In this document: positions 35,976 to 44,165 of the stretch, in pieces
How positions within the stretch are numbered: the stretch's first letter is position 1
Layout: each line of letters starts with the position of its first letter
Assembly: GCA_016219515.1 (NCBI GenBank)
Contig: JACRMU010000004.1
Span: 1-53,861 of the forward strand
DNA: 53,861 bases
Source of the DNA: Deltaproteobacteria bacterium
GTDB taxonomy: Bacteria; Desulfobacterota; Deferrimicrobia; Deferrimicrobiales; Deferrimicrobiaceae
Direction: 5' to 3'
Position numbers and translations under genes: made by a program
Notes under the pieces: model-generated
What the model saw: only the letters and a program-made list of their open reading frames with translations
What the model was told of the DNA's origin: nothing
The model's database searches: none

Positions 35976-37447
35976 TTGCACATCCGCGACATCCTGGCCC
36001 GGAACGCCCGGATCTATCCCGAACGCGTCGCCCTCGCCATGGGACGGGAAACCGTCACCTACCGGGAGCTGGCGGTCCGCGTGGCGCGGCGCGCATCGGA
36101 ACTGAAGGCCCAGGGCATCGGGAAAGGCGACCGGATCGCGGTCCTGATGCGCAACTCCCCCCTGTATGTGGAATTGCTGTACGCGATCACCTGCACCGGG
36201 GCCGTGATGCTGCCGCTCAACGAACAGCTGATCGCCCGGGAGCTTTCGGAGATCCTTCGCCACGCGGACGCCAAGGCCGTGCTTTTCTCCGAGGAGTTCC
36301 GCCGCGTGGCCGACCGGGTTCATGCCGGCCTGGCCTCCGATACCCGCTTCGTCGCCGTGGATGCGCAGCCCGCGGGAGCCGGATCCGGGGAGAAGGAGCC
36401 CGTTTGCTTCGGACTCCCGGCGGATGCCGCACCCTTTTCGGAATCCGACATCGCTCTCGTGGTCTACACCGGCGGCGTCTCCGGAACCCCCCGGGGGGCG
36501 ATGCTGTCCCACAGGAACCTGTCGGCCGCTTCCGCCTCCGCGGCGATGGAGCTCGGCCTGTCCCGCAACGACGTGTACCTCTCCTGCACGCCGCTGCCGT
36601 TCATGGCCGGGACGGGACGCCTGCTCCGGTTTCAGTACCTGGGGGGAACGGTCGTCATCCTGCCGGACTTCGAACCCGACCGGATGCATCCCGGTTCAAC
36701 CTCGCAACCCTGCGCATGGTCCTCTATGGCGGAACGGCGGTCCCCATCGAGCTGCAGAAACGGGCGATCCGGTTCTTCCGGTGCGGGCTGGTCCAGGCGT
36801 ATGGAATGGTCGAATCGGCGGGAATCCTGACATTCCTGCATCCCGAAGACCACTCCCTGGAGGAGAGCGCCCCCTACATGAGGAAGCTGATGTCGGTGGG
36901 CAAGGAGGCGATCGGGGTCGAGGTCCGGGTCGTCGACGAGGAGGGCGGGCAGATCTCCCCCCATCAGGTGGGCGAGATCGTCGCGCGCGGCCCGAACGTC
37001 TTCGAGGGGTATTTCCGCGACCCGGCGTACACCGCGTACGTGTTGCGGAACGGGTGGCTCTACACCGGCGACGTGGCTTCCGTGGACGAGGACGGGTACA
37101 TCTACATCGTCGACCGGAAGCGGGACTCGCTATCGGTCGGCGGGATCTGGGTCTATCCCCGGGAAATCGAGAACGTCATCGCGGAGCATCCCGCCGTGAA
37201 GGAGGCGGCCGTGATCGGGCGGTCCGACTATCTCCTGGGAGAGGTCCCCGTCGCCGTCGTCGCCCTGAAGGAGGGGGTGAAGGCCGACCCCGCCGACATC
37301 CTCTCCCATTGCCGGGACAACATGGCTCCCTTCAAGGTTCCCCGGTCGGTGGAGTTCATCTCCTCCCTTCCCAGGAACAGCCAGGGAAAGGTCCTGAAGG
37401 TGAAACTGAAGGAAAAAGCGGTTTCCGGGGCCAGCCCGCATTTCTAA
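35976..37447 (+). pseudogene. AMP-dependent acyl-CoA synthetase/ligase, disrupted (internal deletion plus frame change near 36683)
   Basis: TTG start behind GGAGG. The N-terminal part (frame of 35976) has VVYTGGVSGTPRGAMLSHRNL and reads sensibly to ..ILPDFEPDR. The family continues in the frame of ORF 36404..37447 from ..SRFNLATLRMVLYGGTAVP through YGMVESAG, WLYTGDVASVDEDGYIYIVDRKRD and PRNSQGKVLK. Confidence 0.75.
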
Positions 37448-37517
37448 CCATGGTTCGTCGCGAGGCGGTGGAGACGGGTATGGATACAAGGCGTCGCGGC
37501 GGTTAGAAATGCGGGCT
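37433..37517. repeat. perfect 17-bp inverted repeat bracketing a convergent intergenic region
   Basis: AGCCCGCATTTCTAACC (37433-37449) is the exact reverse complement of GGTTAGAAATGCGGGCT (37501-37517), with a 51-nt spacer. The left arm holds the entire upstream stop codon; the right arm overlaps the first two bases of the downstream one. Confidence 0.8.
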
Positions 37518-38058
37518 ACTCGCCGAACACCTCCGCGCTGAACGAGAACAGCTCGGCCCCCTTCTCCCATTCGTCGGCGGGAAGCCCCGCCTTGCGGCAC
37601 GTGTTGGAAAGAAACGCCCGCCGGTCCCATCCGTACTCGGTGGCCACTTGCGGGAGCAGGAGGCCGCGCCGGCCTCCTTTCCTGACCATCAGCCCGTGGA
37701 CGCCTACCTCGACCTCTTCCGGCCGCACCGGAATCAGCGGGGTGAGCACGGAGATCTCGATCCGGAGCGTTTCGACCTCTCCCGGCTTCACCGGGGAGAA
37801 CCGCGGATCCTCCGTGGCCGCCGCGACCGCGCACTCCTGCACCGTCCGGTAAAGGGGAGCCGCCGCTTCCGTATACCCGATGCACCCCCGAAGCTGCCCC
37901 CGGTGGGTGAGCGTCACGAATGCCGCGCCCGGCGCTGCGAGCTTGGGGGAGCCGGGACGTTCCTCGGGAACTTTTCCCTCGTTGACGTACGAAGTCGCCG
38001 CGCGGCGGGCGATCGCCAGCAGCTCCCGTCGTTCCTCTTCCGTCAGGTAGGCGCCCAT
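37516..38058 (-). CDS. AMMECR1 domain protein
   Basis: This is the last 180 codons of track ORF 37516..39030. ATG 38056-38058 overlaps the upstream stop (ATGA). Motifs LRGCIGY, ATEDPRF and RGLLLPQV. Confidence 0.9.
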   Translation of the reverse strand: MGAYLTEEERRELLAIARRAATSYVNEGKVPEERPGSPKLAAPGAAFVTLTHRGQLRGCIGYTEAAAPLYRTVQECAVAAATEDPRFSPVKPGEVETLRIEISVLTPLIPVRPEEVEVGVHGLMVRKGGRRGLLLPQVATEYGWDRRAFLSNTCRKAGLPADEWEKGAELFSFSAEVFGE

Positions 38059-39155
38059 CAGCCCGAATGGGCGAAGATTTCGTCGATGTGGCCGTCGGGC
38101 AGGATCAGGTCGTCCAAGTCGCCCAGGATCTCGATCTTCCCCTGCACTCCGAGGAAGAAGGGGACGATCTCCGGGTCGAACTGCGTCCCCGAACACCGGA
38201 GTATCTCCGCGTTGGCGGTCTCCAGCGAGAGCGCCTTCCGGTAGGCGCGGGTCGAGGTCATGGAGTCGAACGTGTCGGCGACCGCCATGATGCGGGACTC
38301 CAGCGGAATGTCGCACCCCTTGAGACGATCCGGGTAGCCCTTTCCGTCGAATCGCTCGTGATGATGCAGGATCGCCGGGAGGAGCGGACGGAAATACGGG
38401 ATCGGTTCGAGGATCTTGGTCGCGACCTCCGGATGGAGGGTGATCTCGTTGTACTCGTCGTCGGTCAGCTTCCCCGGCTTGTTGAGGACCGCCTCGCGGA
38501 CCCCGATCTTCCCCAGGTCGTGGAGAATGGATGCCTGGCGGAGGATTTCGATCTGCTCCGGAGACAACCGCATCTCCTTCCCGATCGCCACGGAGTACAT
38601 GGTCACCCGCTGGGAATGGCCGCGCGTGTAAAAATCCTTCGCTTCCAGCGCCTTGATGAGGGAATCGATCGACCGGATGTACATCTGGTTGATGAGGTCG
38701 GTCTGTTCCTTGACCTTCTTCTCCAGGTTCACCTGGTAGTCCTGGAGCTCCCTCTCGAGCGCCTTTTTCCGGATGGAGTTCTCGATCGTGATGAGCAGGA
38801 CGTCGAAGTTGAACGGCTTCGTGATGTAATCGCAGGCGCCGATCTTCAAAGCGGATACCGCCGTGTCGAGCTCGGCGTGGGCGGACATCACGATCCCGGC
38901 CACTTCGGGGAACCGGCTGGTCGCTTCCCTGAGAAGGGCGATTCCGTCCATTTCGGGCATCCGGATGTCGGTCAGGAGAACGGTGTGGCGCCCGGCGCTC
39001 AGCTTGGCCAGCGCTTCCTTCCCGTTGCACGCCTCATCCACGGAATACCCTGCGATTTCAAGGCGTTCCCGCACAAGGGTGCGGATGAACTCTTCGTCGT
39101 CGACGACCAGGATCGTCACGCCTTTCCCGACGGTGCGGATCGAGGGGATCGTCAT
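38058..39155 (-). CDS. response regulator with HD-GYP output domain (RpfG-like)
   Basis: ORF 38058..39209 has in-frame ATGs at 39191, 39173 and 39155. I chose 39155 (MTIPSIRTVGKGVTILVVDDE) because GAGGA lies 11 nt upstream. REC LLTDIRMPEMDG..ITKP. HD-GYP TRGHSQRV..ILHDLGKIGV..HHERFDGKGYP. Confidence 0.85.
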   Translation of the reverse strand: MTIPSIRTVGKGVTILVVDDEEFIRTLVRERLEIAGYSVDEACNGKEALAKLSAGRHTVLLTDIRMPEMDGIALLREATSRFPEVAGIVMSAHAELDTAVSALKIGACDYITKPFNFDVLLITIENSIRKKALERELQDYQVNLEKKVKEQTDLINQMYIRSIDSLIKALEAKDFYTRGHSQRVTMYSVAIGKEMRLSPEQIEILRQASILHDLGKIGVREAVLNKPGKLTDDEYNEITLHPEVATKILEPIPYFRPLLPAILHHHERFDGKGYPDRLKGCDIPLESRIMAVADTFDSMTSTRAYRKALSLETANAEILRCSGTQFDPEIVPFFLGVQGKIEILGDLDDLILPDGHIDEIFAHSG

Positions 39156-39160
39156 ATCAA

Positions 39161-39191
39161 CAATATTCCTCATGTTCGCAATATTCCTCAT
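39161..39191. repeat. 13-nt tandem direct repeat spanning alternative start codons
   Basis: CAATATTCCTCAT occurs at 39161-39173 and again at 39179-39191 (18-nt period). On the coding strand this reads ATGAGGAATATTG twice, so each copy supplies an ATG and a GAGGA. Confidence 0.8.
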
Positions 39192-39257
39192 CAGTTTCTT
39201 GATCGGCAATCACGGGAAAATATTTAGTCTTTTTTTCCCGGTGGCGCACCACCGGCA

Positions 39258-40301
39258 TCAAATGTTGAAGCGGACGTGGAAAATGTCCCCGTCCCGGACA
39301 ACGTATTCCTTCCCTTCCAGCCTCAGCTTCCCCTCGGCTTTCGCTTTCGCCATCGTCCCGCACCGGAGAAAATCTTCGCATTGGATGACCTCCGCCCGGA
39401 TGAACCCCTTCTCCAGGTCGGAGTGGATTTTTCCGGCGGCGCCCAGCGCGGCGGTCCCCCGCTTGATGTTCCACGCGCGGACCTCGTCCTCCCCCACCGT
39501 CAGGAAACAGATAAAGTCCATGGCATCGAAGGCCCCGCGGACCAGCCGGTCGCGCACGCTCTCCTCGACCCCCATTTCCTTCAGGAAATCGATCTGCTCC
39601 GGGGGGGAAAGCTGGGAAATTTCCTCCTCGATCTTCGCCGATAGCCGAAGGAGCGGGATCCCCCGATCTTTCGCTACGGCATCCAGCTCCGGGTACGTTC
39701 CGGCGGAGAGGTCCCCTTCCCCCACGTTCAGAACGATGAGGAAGGGGAGCTGGCTCACAAACCGGAATCCGGAAAGCACCCGGGTCTCCTCCGCCGAAAA
39801 TTCAACCCGCCGAAGGGGCACTTCCCTTTCGAGAGAGGCGACGGCCTTCTGAAGGGACGTCCATTCGATGTCGCGGCGGGCCTCCTTCGTCATCCGCTCG
39901 ATCCGCTTCTGGGCAATCAGGTAATCCGACAGCGTCAGCTCCGATTCGATCGCCCGGAACTCCCTGACGGGGTCGAGACCCTCCGGCGGCGGCGGGTGAA
40001 AATCGTCCGAGAACCCCCGCAATACGATGGCCAGGACCTCCACCCCCTTGATCTTCGCCAGGGTATCGGGGGGGAGAAGCTCGTCCTCCTTCGTTCCGAT
40101 ATCCTCGAACGTGATGGACACGTGCGTGGTTTTTTTCGGATGGAATATTTCGGCCAGCCGGTCGACCCGGCTGTCGGGCACGCGGATCGTGCAGATTCCC
40201 GTCGAAGGGCCTTTCGGCGCGGCATCGCCCGCTCCCCCGGCCAGGGCGCGGAAGAGCGTGCTCTTGCCGGCGCCGGAGACCCCGAAGATCCCCACTTTCA
40301 T
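39258..40301 (-). CDS. YchF/OLA1-like P-loop GTPase/ATPase, divergent N-terminal G-domain
   Basis: 347 aa. P-loop GVSGAGKSTLF. C-terminal YchF-type domain FLTVGEDEVRAWNIKRGTAALGAAGKIHSDLEKGFIRAEV..VVRDGDIFHVRFN. Confidence 0.8.
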   Translation of the reverse strand: MKVGIFGVSGAGKSTLFRALAGGAGDAAPKGPSTGICTIRVPDSRVDRLAEIFHPKKTTHVSITFEDIGTKEDELLPPDTLAKIKGVEVLAIVLRGFSDDFHPPPPEGLDPVREFRAIESELTLSDYLIAQKRIERMTKEARRDIEWTSLQKAVASLEREVPLRRVEFSAEETRVLSGFRFVSQLPFLIVLNVGEGDLSAGTYPELDAVAKDRGIPLLRLSAKIEEEISQLSPPEQIDFLKEMGVEESVRDRLVRGAFDAMDFICFLTVGEDEVRAWNIKRGTAALGAAGKIHSDLEKGFIRAEVIQCEDFLRCGTMAKAKAEGKLRLEGKEYVVRDGDIFHVRFNI

Positions 40302-40307
40302 GGCTTC

Positions 40308-41081
40308 TTACGCCTCCTCTTCCGGAATCCCGCCGAACAGGTCGCTCTCGGGCAGGCTCGTCCCGGACAGCCGGCTCTTCGCAAGCACGTAGGTTTCCAG
40401 GCGCGCGAACTCCCGGTATCCCTCGCGGGAAAGGATCCTTTGGGAATCCTTCGACTGGGTGCGATGGCATTGGAACGCTTCGACCTTTTTTTCCACGTAG
40501 GCCGAGGTGTCCACGACGGTCGTGATCTTTTCCCTGGGAACGCCGGCGAGAGGCACGTTCCACAGGTCGAGCACCTCCCGGGCGATCTCGAACTGGTACA
40601 GCTTGAGCGGCGCCCACGGGGCAATGCCGTTCTCCAATTGATGCGGGAAACGGGACGGATCCGCGGCGGCTTCGAACGCCTCCAGCGCCACGCGCGACAT
40701 CACCATGTGATCGGGGTGACGCGATACCCCCTCCGGGCCGAACCCGACGAGGACGTGCGGGCGGAGCCAGCGGATCTGCTCGACCGATTTCTCCACGATC
40801 TTCTCCCGGGGGGTTTGGAGGAGCTGCCCGTCCATGAACCCCAGGAAAACGACCTTCCGTATGCCGAGGACCCCGGCGGCGCAGAGAAGCTCCGCAGCGC
40901 GGACTTCCCCCAGGTGCTCCCGGTCGGTGACGGGCGGGTCCCCCACCATCCCGGCCTGCCCCTTCGTCGCCGTCGCCAGGTACACGTCAGCCCCCTCGGC
41001 CGAATATTTCGCAATGGTCCCGCCCGGGCCGAACGTTTCGTCGTCGGGATGGGCCAAAAGAAACAGCATCCTTCGCTTCAT
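40308..41081 (-). CDS. PIG-L/LmbE-family N-acetylglucosaminyl deacetylase
   Basis: ORF 40308..41105 trimmed to ATG 41081 (AAGGAG 11 nt upstream). LLAHPDDETFGPGG and HPDH metal-binding motifs. Ends 6 nt before the ychF-like start. Confidence 0.85.
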   Translation of the reverse strand: MKRRMLFLLAHPDDETFGPGGTIAKYSAEGADVYLATATKGQAGMVGDPPVTDREHLGEVRAAELLCAAGVLGIRKVVFLGFMDGQLLQTPREKIVEKSVEQIRWLRPHVLVGFGPEGVSRHPDHMVMSRVALEAFEAAADPSRFPHQLENGIAPWAPLKLYQFEIAREVLDLWNVPLAGVPREKITTVVDTSAYVEKKVEAFQCHRTQSKDSQRILSREGYREFARLETYVLAKSRLSGTSLPESDLFGGIPEEEA

Positions 41082-41328
41082 TTCCCGCAAAACTCCTTCG
41101 TGCATCCTCTCCGCTCAGGGAAAGTAAAACATAGCATAAAGGATTGGACGAATCGGACTCTTTCGCGATGTGCGGGATGGAAGTAACCGGATGCTCTACG
41201 GGAATGCGCAGATCGTGTGGGATCTGCCCGTGGTCGTCCGGGGAGGCAGCACGGTGGTCGAGCTGTCGAACCGGAGCGCCGCGCTGACGCAGTGACCCCC
41301 GGCCGCCTCCCGCGGGGCGAACGTACCG

Positions 41329-42549
41329 TCAGGTGTTGTATCCCGCTTCTCCGTGCTGCGAAAGGTCCAGCCCCATGATCTCGTTCTCGGCCCCCACGCG
41401 AAGCCCCATGACCTTGTCCAGGACCTTCAACAGGCCATAGCTCACGACGAAGGAGTAGACGAGGATCGTCCCCGCCGCCAGCGCCTGGATGGCGAGCAGT
41501 TTGGGATTGCCGTAGAGCAAGCCGTTCGCGCCCCCGGCGTTGACCGCCGTCGTGGCGAACAGCCCCGTGGCCAGGGTGCCGAGCGTCCCTCCCACGCAGT
41601 GGACGCCGACGACGTCCAGCGAATCGTCGTAGCCAAGCCTCCCTTTCATCATCACGGCGACGTAGCAGACGAGGCCCGCCGTCAGGCCGATGGCGAGGGC
41701 GGCTGCCGGCTGCACGAACCCGGAAGCCGGGGTGATCGTGCCGAGCCCCGCGATGCACCCCGAAGCCGCGCCGAGCACGGTCGGCTTCCCGCGGTGGAAC
41801 CATTCGACGAACACCCAGGAAAGCGTCGCGGCGGCCGCGGCCATATGGGTGTTGACGAAGGCGCTCGTGGAGAGATCGCCTGCCGCAAGGGCGCTCCCCG
41901 CGTTGAACCCGAACCAGCCGAACCAGAGGATCGCCGCGCCGAGAACCGTCATGGGAAGGTTGTGCGGGGCCATGTTTTCCATGCCGAACCCCTTCCGCTT
42001 CCCCACGGCGATAGCGGCCGCGAGGGCGCTGACCCCCGCGGTGATGTGGACCACCGTGCCGCCGGCGAAATCCAGCACCCCCAGGTTGCGCAGCCATCCG
42101 CCGGTGCCCCATACCCAATGGGCGACGGGGTTGTAGACCAACAACGCCCACAAAAGAGTGAACACGAGATACGTGGAAAACTTGAACCGCTCGGCGAACG
42201 CGCCGCTGATCAGCGCCGGGGTGATGACCGCGAACATCATCTGGTAGATCATGAACGCCTGGTGGGGAACGGTGGCGGCGTACTCCTTGAAGGGAGCAAG
42301 CCCCACGCCGTTCAGCGCGAACCAGGAGAGGTCGCCGATCACGCCGCCGCAGTCGGGACCGAAGGAGAAGCTGTACCCGACGAGCATCCATTCCACGCTG
42401 ATCAATCCGAGTACGATAAACGACTGCATGACGGTACCCAGGATGTTCTTCTGCCGGACCATTCCACCATAGAAGAGCGCCAACCCGGGGGTCATGAGCA
42501 TGACGAGCGCTGCGGAGACGAGCAGCCAGGCGGTGTCGCCGGTGTTCAT
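41329..42549 (-). CDS. amtB: ammonium transporter (Amt family), copy 1
   Basis: ORF 41329..42606 trimmed to ATG 42549 (MNTGDTAWLLVSAALVMLMTPGLALFYGG). Amt signatures DFAGGTVVHITAG, WFGWFGFNAGS and VGVHCVGGTLG. Confidence 0.95.
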   Translation of the reverse strand: MNTGDTAWLLVSAALVMLMTPGLALFYGGMVRQKNILGTVMQSFIVLGLISVEWMLVGYSFSFGPDCGGVIGDLSWFALNGVGLAPFKEYAATVPHQAFMIYQMMFAVITPALISGAFAERFKFSTYLVFTLLWALLVYNPVAHWVWGTGGWLRNLGVLDFAGGTVVHITAGVSALAAAIAVGKRKGFGMENMAPHNLPMTVLGAAILWFGWFGFNAGSALAAGDLSTSAFVNTHMAAAAATLSWVFVEWFHRGKPTVLGAASGCIAGLGTITPASGFVQPAAALAIGLTAGLVCYVAVMMKGRLGYDDSLDVVGVHCVGGTLGTLATGLFATTAVNAGGANGLLYGNPKLLAIQALAAGTILVYSFVVSYGLLKVLDKVMGLRVGAENEIMGLDLSQHGEAGYNT

Positions 42550-42602
42550 ACCGATATCCTCCTCCAGCCGAGGTGATGTGGGGCCGATGGCCGAAAGGAA
42601 GC

Positions 42603-42617
42603 GCAATCCTCATGCCG
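42603..42617 (-). promoter_or_regulatory. sigma-54 (-24/-12) promoter candidate for amt copy 1
   Basis: The minus strand reads cGGCAT-GAGGA-TTGC, with correct GG-N10-GC spacing. It sits about 54 nt upstream of the ATG. An AT-rich tract and the 12-nt palindrome GACGTATACGTC lie further upstream. Confidence 0.6.
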
Positions 42618-42788
42618 GGGACAAACCCAAGGATTTTGAAGGAGATTCGCGGAACGGACGAGAGGGAAGACAGACGTATACGTCTTTATGGTAACATTTA
42701 TGAATAATTATTTACATAAAAGTACGACTACGGGAGACACCCCCGCACCGTGGAACCACCCGGCGCCCAACCCGTCGTCAAGTGAAAC

Positions 42789-42818
42789 GGGGGCGCCGGG
42801 ACAGGTCCCGGCGCCCCC
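42789..42818 (-). terminator. hairpin terminator candidate after amt copy 2
   Basis: A perfect 14-bp stem, GGGGGCGCCGGGAC / GTCCCGGCGCCCCC, with a 2-nt loop. It lies 64 nt past the amt copy 2 stop. On the transcribed strand it is followed by GTTTCACTT, a weak U-tract. Confidence 0.5.
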
Positions 42819-42881
42819 CCTCCGAAAGGCATGGTCGGCCCCATCACCTCCCCGGAGGACCCGTGGGCGTCCCGATGGACG

Positions 42882-44102
42882 CTACCAGTTGTAACCCGCC
42901 TCCCCGTGCACCGAAAGGTCGAGGCCCTGGATTTCGTCCTCCTTCGCGACCCGGAGCCCCATGGTCTTGTCGAGCACCTTCAGCAGCAGGAAGGTGACGG
43001 TGAAGGAGTATGCGAGGGTGACGACGACCGCCAGGGCCTGGATGGCGAGCAGCTTCGGGTTTCCGTAGAGCAAGCCGTTGGCGCCCCCGGCGTTGACCGC
43101 CGTCGTGGCGAACACTCCCGTCGCCAGCGCTCCGAGCGTGCCTCCCACGCAGTGGACGCCGACGACGTCCAGCGAATCGTCGTAGCCGAACTTCCCCTTC
43201 ATCATCACCGCGCCGTAGCAGACCGCGCCCGCCAGCAGGCCGATGGCGAGGGCTCCCATCGGCTGCACGAACCCCGCCGCGGGGGTGATCCCCACCAGGC
43301 CCGCGACGCACCCGGAGGCGGCGCCGAGCACGGTCGGCTTCCCGCGGTGGATCCACTCCGCGAACACCCAGGAAAGCGTCGCCATCGCCGCCGCCGAGTG
43401 GGTATTGACGAACGCGCTGGTGGCCAGGTCGCCCGCCGCAAGAGCGCTCCCCGCGTTGAACCCGAACCAGCCGAACCAGAGGATCGCCGCGCCGAGAACC
43501 GTCATGGGAAGGTTGTGCGGGGACATGTTGTCGGTTCCGAACCCCTTCCGCTTCCCGATGACGAGCGCCGCCGCGAGGGCGCTGACCCCCGAAGTGATGT
43601 GGACCACCGTGCCGCCGGCGAAGTCCAGCGCTCCCAGGTTGCGGATCCATCCGCCGATCCCCCACACCCAGTGGGCGACGGGGTTGTAGACCAGAAGGGC
43701 CCATAAAAGGGTGAACACGAGGAAGGTGGAAAACTTGAACCGCTCGGCGAACGCCCCGGTGATCAGCGCCGGGGTGATGACCGCGAACATCATCTGGTAG
43801 ATCATGAATGCCTGGTGGGGGACGGTGGCGGCGTAGTCCTTGAAGGGGGCAAGCCCCACGCCGTTCAGCGCGAACCAGGAGAGGTCGCCGATGATCCCGC
43901 CCCGGTCCGGCCCGAAGGAGAAGCTGTATCCGACGAGGATCCACTCCACGCTGATCAGCCCCAGGATGATGAAGGACTGCATGATCGTCCCCAGGATGTT
44001 CTTCCTTCTGACCATTCCTCCGTAGAAGAGCGCCAACCCCGGGGTCATGAGCATGACGAGCGCTGCGGAGACGAGCAGCCACGCCGTGTCGCCGGTATTC
44101 AT
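42882..44102 (-). CDS. amtB: ammonium transporter (Amt family), copy 2
   Basis: ORF 42882..44141 trimmed to ATG 44102. Also 406 aa and collinear with copy 1 without indels. Confidence 0.95.
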   Translation of the reverse strand: MNTGDTAWLLVSAALVMLMTPGLALFYGGMVRRKNILGTIMQSFIILGLISVEWILVGYSFSFGPDRGGIIGDLSWFALNGVGLAPFKDYAATVPHQAFMIYQMMFAVITPALITGAFAERFKFSTFLVFTLLWALLVYNPVAHWVWGIGGWIRNLGALDFAGGTVVHITSGVSALAAALVIGKRKGFGTDNMSPHNLPMTVLGAAILWFGWFGFNAGSALAAGDLATSAFVNTHSAAAMATLSWVFAEWIHRGKPTVLGAASGCVAGLVGITPAAGFVQPMGALAIGLLAGAVCYGAVMMKGKFGYDDSLDVVGVHCVGGTLGALATGVFATTAVNAGGANGLLYGNPKLLAIQALAVVVTLAYSFTVTFLLLKVLDKTMGLRVAKEDEIQGLDLSVHGEAGYNW

Positions 44103-44150
44103 GGGAAACCTCCTCGCTTCCAGGTGATGTGCCGACCGCATCGGAAGAGG

Positions 44151-44165
44151 GCAACCGCCGTGCCA
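44151..44165 (-). promoter_or_regulatory. sigma-54 (-24/-12) promoter for amt copy 2
   Basis: The minus strand reads TGGCAC-GGCGG-TTGC, a full match to the TGGCAC-N5-TTGC consensus. It sits about 49 nt upstream of the ATG. Confidence 0.75.

Larger units (their letters stand above)
41329..44102. repeat. tandem direct duplication of the amt gene (two ~1.22-kb units, 1553-nt register)
   Basis: The two coding sequences align base for base at an offset of 1553 nt. One example is the identical 47-mer CCTCCCACGCAGTGGACGCCGACGACGTCCAGCGAATCGTCGTAGCC at 41588-41634 and 43141-43187. Both 5' leaders share CACATCACCT. Confidence 0.85.

Noticed and set aside
36681-36690. Possible programmed ribosomal frameshift joining the two acyl-CoA synthetase frames.
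   Set aside because: There is no slippery heptamer at the junction. In addition, about 25-35 family-conserved residues are missing, which fits a deletion and not recoding.
38059-39030. The N-terminal extension of the 504-aa track ORF 37516..39030 in front of the AMMECR1 domain.
   Set aside because: It is an out-of-frame reading of the REC-HD-GYP gene. AMMECR1 homology starts at the ATG at 38058 (ATGA coupling).
41190-41300. Short plus-strand ORFs in the 247-nt gap between the PIG-L gene and amt copy 1 (for example MLYGNAQIVWDLPVVVRGGSTVVELSNRSAALTQ).
   Set aside because: No ribosome-binding site and no recognisable family, and they sit between two minus-strand genes. This could be a gene remnant, but the sequence alone cannot support that.
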